From the IMG/VR virus record IMGVR_UViG_3300021197_001448: DNA of 36,719 bases. The stretch is one strand, 5' to 3'. The first letter of the stretch is position 1. Every line of letters starts with the position of its first letter. The position numbers were made by a program, and so were the translations under genes. Positions 29,182 through 36,719 of this stretch are shown here, piece by piece. Origin of the DNA: an uncultured virus (IMG/VR IMGVR_UViG_3300021197_001448) (lineage: Duplodnaviria; Heunggongvirae; Uroviricota; Caudoviricetes). Below the pieces are notes generated by a model, which had not been told where the DNA came from, did no database searches, and saw only the letters and a program-made list of their open reading frames with translations.

Positions 29182-30114
29182 TCAAATGACTCTCCAGTTT
29201 AATCTATCTTGGAATTCTGAAAATGCGCCTGTTGGATCGTTTGCTTTTTCTCCCCACGAAGTATCATAAGTTCTCAATTCTTCCATAGGAATGTCCTGTG
29301 CGCTCAAACCTTTTGGCAAATCAGGGATAAGACGACCCATACCTGGAACCAATTCACGCCCAAAGAAAAATGATGGAGGCACAGCATTACGCCTTCGTCC
29401 AAAGGAAGCAGGTATTCCATACCCACCAATTGCCTTTCGATGTTCTTCGTTAAAATTCGGATCAAACAGATCAGGATAATCTTCTTGTAAATGCGGGAAA
29501 AGAGCATATCTATTGCTATCTAAGCCCATCAAACGCCTCATATCTTTCCCATAAATCATTTCACGATCATAATTATATTGCGGTTTTTTCAACTTTTCAT
29601 TCATTGTTGATGAAATCATATAAGCGGGAATAAATGGCGCATTCATTCTTCGCAACGCTTCAACACGATGATTTCCTTCACCAATCATCCATCCACTCGG
29701 ATTAAAATTTAGTTGAGGTATCGCAACATTTCCAACAGAATCTTTTTGTTCTGCTGCTTTGTCATAACGTTTCAGCCCTTCCGCTTTGGCATCTAAACCT
29801 CGATCTTCATCTGAGCGATGAACCCACCAATCGGAGTTCCTACCTAACATTCCATGTTCCATGATGCTCTCCATCAACCGTTCCACTTTTTGATCACCGA
29901 TTCCAAAATTAGATGGAGATTTGCCTTGAAAATGTCGTGTAGGTGGTAACATTTCAGTCGGAACAAAATCTAACGAAGATGAGGCTCCTGCATAACCTCG
30001 TTTGTTCTTACCACGTCCTCCTAAGACTTCATATAAAGGAGCATAGATTTCTTCCCACATCCCCTCATCGATCTTGACGATGGAATCCCATGCCTGTTCA
30101 AACACATCAGACAA
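29182..30114 (-). CDS. Leader-bearing ParB/Srx-like nuclease-domain protein
   Basis: VERLMESIMEHG...IGEGNHRVEALRRMNAPFIPA. Start reassigned to TTG 30114 (GGGAGG RBS), giving MSDVFEQAWDSIVK. Confidence 0.7.
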   Translation of the reverse strand: MSDVFEQAWDSIVKIDEGMWEEIYAPLYEVLGGRGKNKRGYAGASSSLDFVPTEMLPPTRHFQGKSPSNFGIGDQKVERLMESIMEHGMLGRNSDWWVHRSDEDRGLDAKAEGLKRYDKAAEQKDSVGNVAIPQLNFNPSGWMIGEGNHRVEALRRMNAPFIPAYMISSTMNEKLKKPQYNYDREMIYGKDMRRLMGLDSNRYALFPHLQEDYPDLFDPNFNEEHRKAIGGYGIPASFGRRRNAVPPSFFFGRELVPGMGRLIPDLPKGLSAQDIPMEELRTYDTSWGEKANDPTGAFSEFQDRLNWRVI

Positions 30115-30730
30115 TGTAATTCCTCCCGCAATCAAACGGACAGGAAATACCACCTAATAGTCGATTATACCTCACTTCTTCTCCTGGTGAGATGGATCGT
30201 TGGCAAACAACACAGTTACCTGGATAACGAGCAGGGAATCGACCCGACATGGCTTTGTTTAGATCTTCTTCTGAAACCTTAGCATTAGGTCGCCTCAATT
30301 CACCACTTTCAAGTCGCTTCATGGCTTCTTCGACTGGTTTTCCTCTGAACGTGCGCCTTGTAGATCGGGTTTCATCTTTTGTTGATTGGAGTTCATGCCT
30401 TTCTTTCATCTCAGGGTCTGCTTCCCAATTTTCTCTACGCTTTTCTTGATCGCGTACGATCCTTCTCGCATTCTCTTCTGATCCTGGTTCATACCGTCGA
30501 AGTGCATTCTTCTCACGTTGTTTCATTCGAGAGGCTTCGTTTGCCCAATAGTGAACAATGCCTCTTGTTACTGGAATCCCCTCTTCGTTGAACAATCTCC
30601 AGATTGCTGCTTGACTCATGCCCTCAGATGCGAGTTGTGATATGCGCTTGATGTCATCTTCTGTGAGCGTATATCTTCGATCTGCTGCTGGCATTTTGAG
30701 CAAATCCCACGCTCGGTCAAAGGCGGTCAT
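30107..30730 (-). CDS. Leader-bearing HTH protein with a C-terminal Zn-ribbon-like domain
   Basis: LASEGMSQAAIW...VTRGIVHYW (HTH-like); ARYPGNCVVC..SISPGE...C..C. N-terminus MTAFDRAWDLLKMP. Confidence 0.7.
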   Translation of the reverse strand: MTAFDRAWDLLKMPAADRRYTLTEDDIKRISQLASEGMSQAAIWRLFNEEGIPVTRGIVHYWANEASRMKQREKNALRRYEPGSEENARRIVRDQEKRRENWEADPEMKERHELQSTKDETRSTRRTFRGKPVEEAMKRLESGELRRPNAKVSEEDLNKAMSGRFPARYPGNCVVCQRSISPGEEVRYNRLLGGISCPFDCGRNYIV

Positions 30731-31443
30731 TGTCCTCTCTCCCTCAAACGCCTTACAAAATCATGTGGTTTTGAACCACCAATCAAAATATCATTTGTTG
30801 TGACTTTATCCCAAAGCGGTTGTTCACTGTATAAATCTTCAAGGGCTTCATACAATTCTCCTGAATGCACTTCATCGCCTCGTAAATCAGGATAAATTGA
30901 TTCCCAGTGATCATGACCGCCTTTTTTGGGAGGTAAGAAAATCCTATCCCACGCTTCGTTTTCATCGCCTTCATCATCGTAATGTTCTTCCTCAAAATCA
31001 TCCATTTCCTCATCATACAGATCTGAATCAATGATATTTTGAATGATTTGGGCTACGTGTTTATCAGGCAATTTTTGTGAATAAGGCGGGACAACGCCTT
31101 CTTCGTCATGAAAAGCCACACGGCCTCTTTCAATTGCGGCTGAAAGACCATTCCCCATGTATTCTTCATCTCCCGGAACATCAATGTATTCATCCTTTGG
31201 CGCAGTTGCCATGTGTAATTCGGGATAATGCACATTTGCATCAACAAAAGGCGAACCCTGATAATCGTTGCGTGGACCAAACATTGCGTAGGCCAAAGCC
31301 TTTGATTTGTGCGGAGTCCAATATCCTGTGTCTTTGTCACCAGTCCTTCGACCTTGATACAAATAATCAGTCTGCAACCCGCCATCCTCCACAACAAAAG
31401 GCATTTTGAGCAGATCCCAAGCGGTGTCAAATGGCTTAGGCAT
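30727..31443 (-). CDS. Leader-bearing acidic protein, possible ADP-ribosyltransferase-like fold
   Basis: YLYQG...GYWTPHKSKALAYA...DEEY pattern. N-terminus MPKPFDTAWDLLKMP. The fold call is tentative. Confidence 0.5.
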   Translation of the reverse strand: MPKPFDTAWDLLKMPFVVEDGGLQTDYLYQGRRTGDKDTGYWTPHKSKALAYAMFGPRNDYQGSPFVDANVHYPELHMATAPKDEYIDVPGDEEYMGNGLSAAIERGRVAFHDEEGVVPPYSQKLPDKHVAQIIQNIIDSDLYDEEMDDFEEEHYDDEGDENEAWDRIFLPPKKGGHDHWESIYPDLRGDEVHSGELYEALEDLYSEQPLWDKVTTNDILIGGSKPHDFVRRLRERGQ

Positions 31444-31480
31444 AAATTACGCAAGTCCCATCAAAACATAAAGGCATTCC

Positions 31481-31511
31481 AAAGAAAAAAAAAATTAAGC
31501 GAGATTTCTCT
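31481..31511 (-). terminator. Oligo-T archaeal-type terminator preceded by a short hairpin
   Basis: GAGAAATCTC followed by TTAATTTTTTTTTTCTTT on the - strand. Confidence 0.5.
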
Positions 31512-31713
31512 AATTAAGCATGGTTTCGAGCGTAGCCCGATCCCCTCAAAAAAAAAACACGAAGATCAACGTTGATAACTAAAACCACATGATTCGACGG
31601 ATTCCAATTCTGGTCTAATTCCAGATCTATAATTGGCTAATCCATGCTTCATGAGCATACGAAACAAACGTTGCCTTCGCTTGAGCAAAGCCTCTTGCAC
31701 ATTAACTGCGAGG
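31485..31713 (-). ncRNA. Candidate structured ncRNA (about 220 nt) between a TATA box and a T10 terminator
   Basis: Multiple nested stems (see findings); TTTAATTTATAA at 31720-31731; T10 runs at 31548-31557 and 31485-31494. Confidence 0.5.
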
Positions 31714-31745
31714 ACGTGGTTATAAATTAAACCTTCTCAGCCCTG

Positions 31746-32486
31746 TTAGGGTTGTTTGTCCTTCTTTTTTGGGGCTTCAATCCATTCTGGATTAACAGGT
31801 ATGGATGGATCGTATTTGTGAATTTCATATGATTTACATTCGGGACATTTTCGCACACGCTCGCCATGCCACCCTACGAATGTTGAAGTTGGACCTGTTA
31901 ATCCACATGAATAACATTCCAGTGGAGATGAGCCGCCGAATATCTCCATTATTTCATCAATCTTTGCGGCAACTGGATTGTCAAATTGAGAATTGTCAAT
32001 AAACTCATCGTCATTGGAATCATCGTCAATAGACTTCATCAAGTCCCAAGCGGTGTCGAAGGCGGTCATTGGCTCACCTGCCAATTTTTCTTGCCAATCA
32101 TCGCTATGGGCTTCATCAATATGAAAATCGCCTATATCGTCTATTTTTGATTCGGGGTTGGGGATGAAAATGCGAGCGTATTTTGGGTCTTTTGGATTCT
32201 TTCTTTTTCTTGATAGGTTTTGTAAATCTTCTTGATAATCAGCCATAGCCTGTTCAGCACCGACATATTCTCCCTTTTCATCGGCCAAACGGTTTGTGCC
32301 AATGTGTGTCCTCTCCATCTGTTGTGGTTTGTCGTTATTCGGCATAAAAACCTCAATCGGTTCAGCAACATGAAACCAACGCTGAAATCTATTGAAATCA
32401 TCATCTCCTTGATCGTATGCTTCTTGAAGTGTTCTTGCGGTGGCATCCTCTTTGCCTTTGCGCCAAGCCGTGTCAAATGCCGTCAT
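31746..32486 (-). CDS. In-frame fusion of two leader-bearing cassettes; the second has a Zn ribbon
   Basis: MTAFDTAW at 32486 and again MTAFDTAWDLMK at 32069 (own GGTGA RBS); CYSC...CPEC in the second unit. Confidence 0.7.
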   Translation of the reverse strand: MTAFDTAWRKGKEDATARTLQEAYDQGDDDFNRFQRWFHVAEPIEVFMPNNDKPQQMERTHIGTNRLADEKGEYVGAEQAMADYQEDLQNLSRKRKNPKDPKYARIFIPNPESKIDDIGDFHIDEAHSDDWQEKLAGEPMTAFDTAWDLMKSIDDDSNDDEFIDNSQFDNPVAAKIDEIMEIFGGSSPLECYSCGLTGPTSTFVGWHGERVRKCPECKSYEIHKYDPSIPVNPEWIEAPKKKDKQP

Positions 32487-32899
32487 TCCAAATCACGCAT
32501 CCGCCGTTCATATTCGGGAAAGTCGATGCTGCTTGCTGTTCCATCAAAAGGATCAATCAAAGTTTCATCTTGGCGTATTGCATCTTCTAAATTGAATGGC
32601 TTTCCATCACCAAAAAGACCCTGAGTTTCCATCGCATCATTTATTCTTTTATCTACAAAAGGATGAATACAACGGCTACAATGATTAGGAATCCCTTCAA
32701 CAAGATTGTTAATTTCGCTGAAACATTCAATGCATTCAGACGGGAAATTTACACTTGGATCAGGATCGAGTTCTTCACCACTCATTGAAACCAAGTGCCT
32801 ATTTAGTTCAGCAATGCCTTGTTTTTCTTTCTCAGAGAAAAAACGAAAATGCCCCGATGACATTTTGAGCAAATCCCAAACGTCATCAAATGCCGTCAT
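32483..32899 (-). CDS. Leader-bearing small Zn-finger protein
   Basis: MTAFDDVWDLLKM from ATG 32899 (ATGA overlap with the upstream stop); CIEC...CSRC. Confidence 0.7.
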   Translation of the reverse strand: MTAFDDVWDLLKMSSGHFRFFSEKEKQGIAELNRHLVSMSGEELDPDPSVNFPSECIECFSEINNLVEGIPNHCSRCIHPFVDKRINDAMETQGLFGDGKPFNLEDAIRQDETLIDPFDGTASSIDFPEYERRMRDLE

Positions 32900-33267
32900 G
32901 GTTGCCCTCTCCAATTAGGAAGCCCTTGCCAGGACTCATTCAATTCATGAATACCATCAATTGCCCATTCCTCTTCATTTGGTATTCCTGAGCCTTCACA
33001 TGAGGTGCAAGTTCCTAAAGAAATCGTGTAGCCTTGTGCTTTATTTTCACGTTCTTTGTAGGGATAAATTGTTTTACCATTCTCCAATAAGTCCATTATT
33101 TCATCAAGACTCAATGGTGGCGAGCCATCACCAGTCATGTGAGTCGGTCTGGTAAAAGTGATTTCGCCAGTTCCCCTGCAATTAGGACAAATCCCTCTTT
33201 CATACATCTCTATTTCATCAGGCTTGCGTTCTTTCATGAAATCCCAAGCCGTGTCAAATACCGTCAA
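32896..33267 (-). CDS. Leader-bearing protein with DnaJ-type CxxCxGxG Zn-finger repeats
   Basis: TTG start gives MTVFDTAWDFMK; CPNCRGTG and CTSCEGSG repeats. Confidence 0.7.
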   Translation of the reverse strand: MTVFDTAWDFMKERKPDEIEMYERGICPNCRGTGEITFTRPTHMTGDGSPPLSLDEIMDLLENGKTIYPYKERENKAQGYTISLGTCTSCEGSGIPNEEEWAIDGIHELNESWQGLPNWRGQP

Positions 33268-34133
33268 AACCACACCGCCTTGAATCTATTCTTTGTTTCG
33301 TTGTATTTGTTTTTTACGGCAATCCTAATCGTTGGACTCTTAATCTTGTGCGCTAACTTGCGAGCCGCTTTGAGATCGGACAACTTAACTCCACAGGAAA
33401 TGCCCTGTTGATTACACCACTTGACCAAATCCTCAGTTGCGAGGTTAGCACCAGATCCCTGAACAAACGGACAACCACCTAATCCCCCTATGCTCGCATC
33501 GAATTCTCGAACACCAAGTTCATATCCTGTTGAAACGTTATCCATCAGATGTTTTCCGTGATGTAAATGTAGAGATATGAATTCTGTCAAATAACGAGTT
33601 GCCCGTACAGATACTGCGATTTGGAACGGATCAGCAGTTCCTTTGGTATCACACAAAACAATCCGATCTCCAAACTTCAAACCTTCTTTGACCGCTTTTA
33701 CTAATTCATCAATCGTTGCTTCAAACGCTTCTGAAATATACACTCGAATACAATCTCTTGGGATCCCTTTCAACGATGTTTCATAGTTGGCGATTATCTG
33801 TTCCTGTGTTAAACCATAGTTAGCAAGGTTAAATGAATTCATGGGTGAAAAGAAAATGTTGAATTGCTTCATCCCACATTCCATTGCCCGATCAAGGCCA
33901 CGCTTGTTTGGGATGAGAACAGAGAATCCAGTTTTGTCATCGAAAGCATCACACACATCTTTTGCATCGGCCATGTTAGGAACTGCCTTTGGATGAACGA
34001 ATGAGGCAACCTCTATTCGAGTAAGGCCAGCATCACGTAGCAACTTGATGAGTTCGATCTTATCTTCTGTTGATGGGACGTGCGGCAGGTTTTGTAGCCC
34101 ATCACGTGGTCCGACCTCAAAAATCCTAATCAT
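33264..34133 (-). CDS. hmgL: Hydroxymethylglutaryl-CoA lyase family protein (DRE-TIM metallolyase)
   Basis: EVGPRDGLQN, IEVASFVHPKAVPNMAD, LCDTKG, LHLH and FDASIGGLGGCPF...NLATEDLV motifs. Confidence 0.9.
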   Translation of the reverse strand: MIRIFEVGPRDGLQNLPHVPSTEDKIELIKLLRDAGLTRIEVASFVHPKAVPNMADAKDVCDAFDDKTGFSVLIPNKRGLDRAMECGMKQFNIFFSPMNSFNLANYGLTQEQIIANYETSLKGIPRDCIRVYISEAFEATIDELVKAVKEGLKFGDRIVLCDTKGTADPFQIAVSVRATRYLTEFISLHLHHGKHLMDNVSTGYELGVREFDASIGGLGGCPFVQGSGANLATEDLVKWCNQQGISCGVKLSDLKAARKLAHKIKSPTIRIAVKNKYNETKNRFKAVWF

Positions 34134-34948
34134 CAATATCCCTCCAACCAGGGGCTTTTGCCGTCAATTTGAACCGTCTTAGGATTATCGGAATAAGGCT
34201 CAAGTTCTTCCAAGTAACCGTAAAAACTTTGCATCAATCCGCCATAGTCTGATTCTCCAGGGTACTCGTATTGACGATCTCGGCCAAGAACATCTAACAT
34301 ACGAGATGCTGGCAATTGTATCTTCCACTTGTCTAAATCCTCTTGAAGTATTTCACCGACTGTTTGTTGAGGATAGTCTTTACCTGGAATGTTTGGTGCA
34401 TTAGGCCACCAATCATGAGGACTCGTATGTTCCATATCGGCATCATAAAACCTCCAATTCCCTGTTTGATCTTGACCCCAATTAGCACCGACCCGATCTC
34501 CAAAGGCATGGTTTAACAAAATATCAGCAATGCCCAATCTATGCCGACCTTTCCGACCCACCCCCGTATCAACTGCGTGTTGGTTAAGGCGTGGCTGAAC
34601 CAAATACTCGCCCTGAACATCTAACTCAGATGATACAGGAAAGCCCATTTCTTCCATAATTTGAGGAATATTTTGGGGATAACCTGTTCGCCACATTAGT
34701 TCACGTGAGTCATCTTCAACCCTCCGAGCAAAATATCCGTGAGGTATTTTTACCACAAATCTTTCATCATTTGGATGAGGAAGTGTTGTAAGAGAATTTC
34801 CTTGCCCCATAATATCATCTAAACTCTCTTCACTTATCAAGCGTCTTTGTTCTGATTCGGACAACCAGGGTAAATCCTCAGCAATGCTTCTCCAGTTAGG
34901 AGTCCATTCTTTAGCGATAGAATCCCAAGCGACAGCAAAAGAACTCAT
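34133..34948 (-). CDS. Leader-bearing atypical kinase (PI3/4-kinase/HipA-like catalytic motifs)
   Basis: MGQGNS Gly-loop, FVVKIP, HAFGDRVGANW catalytic loop, RFYDAD. N-terminus MSSFAVAWDSIAK from ATG 34948. Confidence 0.65.
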   Translation of the reverse strand: MSSFAVAWDSIAKEWTPNWRSIAEDLPWLSESEQRRLISEESLDDIMGQGNSLTTLPHPNDERFVVKIPHGYFARRVEDDSRELMWRTGYPQNIPQIMEEMGFPVSSELDVQGEYLVQPRLNQHAVDTGVGRKGRHRLGIADILLNHAFGDRVGANWGQDQTGNWRFYDADMEHTSPHDWWPNAPNIPGKDYPQQTVGEILQEDLDKWKIQLPASRMLDVLGRDRQYEYPGESDYGGLMQSFYGYLEELEPYSDNPKTVQIDGKSPWLEGY

Positions 34949-35880
34949 TGCTCTTTCCTCTCCCATGCTTTTTGATCTAATGTGTGATTATAGAACCAAT
35001 CGAGATAATCAAGGCGAGAAAATTGTCTAACAAATTCATCCCATTCTTCCATTGTCATTCCTTCATGCCCTATTGCATATGGCCTTATATTTTTAGGAGG
35101 GATTCTTTCTTCTATCATATAATGCCCAAAATCAGAACCCAGATCATATCCGTGTTTACGTGGATCAACCCACTCACTATCGCGTGGAACATCAAATCCT
35201 AAAATAGCAGGGGCTTTCCCCGACTCTTCAAATCGATCATCAGCATACCTTTCAGCCTCTTCTTGATTTACAGCACCAAAAGACCATTCATCCAACCCCT
35301 CGCTCATAATGCTTGGAACATATTCTGCTAATGTTCCATGCCATAGATCGGGTTCACGGTATGCCTTCTCCATCAAATCATCACGGCCAATCCAAGATCG
35401 GTGGCCTTTGTCGTTATAATCAGAAAACCTGTGATGTAAAGCCTCTACAAATCTTTCAGCATCAGATGATTGGGCATCTGACTCATACATCTTTTCACCA
35501 TGATGGTCTTGAACAATCTGCGTAATTAAATCCATTAAAGCAGTAGCATATCCTCGCTTTCGATATTTCCGATCAGTACCCATCTCAGTAGGATGGATAA
35601 AAGAATTATAATCTCCCCTATCTTCATGAAATTTATCTGTGTCAAATTGAATAAAAGATCTCCATGTTGGAAAACCTCTTTCATTTTCACCACGATCTAT
35701 GAACGCCCCTCCGTATTTGCCACCAGGTTGTGAATCTCCGATGCCACCAGTGATCGGGAGAATCTCGCCTGTGACTGGATCTTGAAATTCTCCTGTGTAT
35801 TGTGTTCCATCCTCGTTTCTTGTAACCGAATGCGGAACAATGGGCATCTTGAGCAATTCCCACGCTTTCTCAAAAGACAT
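34945..35880 (-). CDS. Leader-bearing GNAT acetyltransferase plus ADP-ribosyltransferase-like two-domain protein
   Basis: TDRKYRKRGYATALM (acetyl-CoA-binding motif A) and QSSDAERF; then LWHGT....SIMSEGL...AERYA...ERIPPKNI (ART/Tpt1-like). N-terminus MSFEKAWELLKMP. Confidence 0.7.
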   Translation of the reverse strand: MSFEKAWELLKMPIVPHSVTRNEDGTQYTGEFQDPVTGEILPITGGIGDSQPGGKYGGAFIDRGENERGFPTWRSFIQFDTDKFHEDRGDYNSFIHPTEMGTDRKYRKRGYATALMDLITQIVQDHHGEKMYESDAQSSDAERFVEALHHRFSDYNDKGHRSWIGRDDLMEKAYREPDLWHGTLAEYVPSIMSEGLDEWSFGAVNQEEAERYADDRFEESGKAPAILGFDVPRDSEWVDPRKHGYDLGSDFGHYMIEERIPPKNIRPYAIGHEGMTMEEWDEFVRQFSRLDYLDWFYNHTLDQKAWERKEQ

Positions 35881-36719
35881 CAATAGCCCTCCAAAAATTC
35901 AGCCCTGCCATCAATCAAAACACTTTGAGGGTTATCTGAGTATGGCTCAATCTCAGTCAATAGATCGAACAATTGAGGATGATGTTTTCTTTCAAAGCCA
36001 TATTTGTCAAGTGTGTTCAACAACGGACTTGCTGGCAACTGTATGCCATAATCGTCTAATCCTTGTTGTAGGACTTCTCCTTTCGTCTTTGTCGTCTTTG
36101 TCGTCTTTGCCCCTGCCCATGAATCTGTTCCCTCAAAGATGCTGTCACTCGGCCACCAATCATATGTGGATTTGTAATCCATATCTGGATCTATGAATCT
36201 GTAATTACCAGTCTGATCAATACCAAAGTTCGAGGGGTATCGATCACCAAAAGTGTGATTCAACAACTTATTTGTAACATCATCATTTGGCCTCTTATTC
36301 TTTCGATTCCTTCTCAACGATTGAGCATATGTCGAAGGTTCAACGTATGGTTGAACCATATACCTGTTATCGACATTCAGTTCTGATGCAATCGGATAAC
36401 CATAACTTTCTAAAATCGAAGGAAGAGGTTGCCCAACTTGGATCTCACGTCCTGTCGGCTTACCCATTCTCCAATTGAAAATTCTTTCCCCCTTATCGGC
36501 ATCACTCTCAGTCCACGATTCACTATTTTTTCGTGGTAATTTTATGACAAATTTATCATCATAGGGGTGTTCAAAAGTGTCAAAGGATCCACCCGATCCA
36601 AGATAACTGGGAAGCAAATCGAAATCATTATTCTCACGGTTGTTATATCCGTGAGCGATTTCATGCCAGTCTAACTTAGGCAGATTCCTGGCAGTTTCAC
36701 GCCAGTTAGGAGTCCACTC
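35880..36719 (-). CDS. Atypical kinase, paralogue of 34133-34948 (5' end beyond the window)
   Basis: The frame is open to the window edge (EWTPNWRETARNLP...); LGSGGS, FVIKLP, HTFGDRYPSNF, RFIDPD motifs. Confidence 0.7.
   Translation of the reverse strand, partial: EWTPNWRETARNLPKLDWHEIAHGYNNRENNDFDLLPSYLGSGGSFDTFEHPYDDKFVIKLPRKNSESWTESDADKGERIFNWRMGKPTGREIQVGQPLPSILESYGYPIASELNVDNRYMVQPYVEPSTYAQSLRRNRKNKRPNDDVTNKLLNHTFGDRYPSNFGIDQTGNYRFIDPDMDYKSTYDWWPSDSIFEGTDSWAGAKTTKTTKTKGEVLQQGLDDYGIQLPASPLLNTLDKYGFERKHHPQLFDLLTEIEPYSDNPQSVLIDGRAEFLEGY

Noticed and set aside
31510..31650. Hammerhead ribozyme (GAAA next to a stem)
   Set aside because: No CUGANGA core and no correctly placed NUH cleavage triplet.
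26500..35880. Recurring leader DNA as CRISPR repeats, attC sites or DGR repeats
   Set aside because: Variation is mostly at synonymous positions, the repeats are not palindromic, they always sit at start codons, and no integrase, cas or reverse transcriptase gene is in the window.
36082..36110. Short 9-bp repeats (TTKTTKTK), and the duplicated PPISSL at about 15890-15945
   Set aside because: Trivial in-frame slippage duplications in linkers.
377..36478. Numerous short + strand and nested alternative-frame ORFs in the track
   Set aside because: They are shadows of long - strand genes, with no RBS or motifs. Only 23735..24247 occupies free space.

Overview
AT-rich, gene-dense fragment of a large tailed (HK97-lineage) virus genome. 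Almost everything is on the - strand, with overlapping stop/start codons and archaeal-type GGAGG/GGTGA ribosome-binding sites. The best fit is a virus of Euryarchaeota, and the architecture resembles magroviruses (Marine Group II) or HGTV-1-like haloviruses; this host assignment is inference. The left part (1-20 kb) is a head morphogenesis/packaging module: major capsid protein N-terminus, prohead protease-scaffold, a large protein with a degenerate DNA-ligase domain, portal, a LAGLIDADG-like protein, large terminase, several low-complexity proteins and a candidate small terminase. The middle (20-23.7 kb) is an RHH-led operon with an Arf/Ras-like small GTPase and small membrane proteins. The right part (24-36.7 kb) is an array of unrelated enzymes: Dam-like and C5 methyltransferases, GP88-like, ParB-like, ART-like, GNAT-ART, two paralogous kinases and an HMG-CoA lyase. 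The main finding is that nearly all proteins in this array start with the same leader, M-x(1-4)-F-[DE]-x-A-W-[DES]-L-L-K. Its end (hydrophobic-x-K-small) also recurs in the capsid protein, in the protease and at domain junctions. This suggests a capsid-targeting, prohead-protease-cleaved cargo loading system for injected effector enzymes. Two structured intergenic ncRNA candidates are present. The N gap at 14553-14652 is an assembly artefact.
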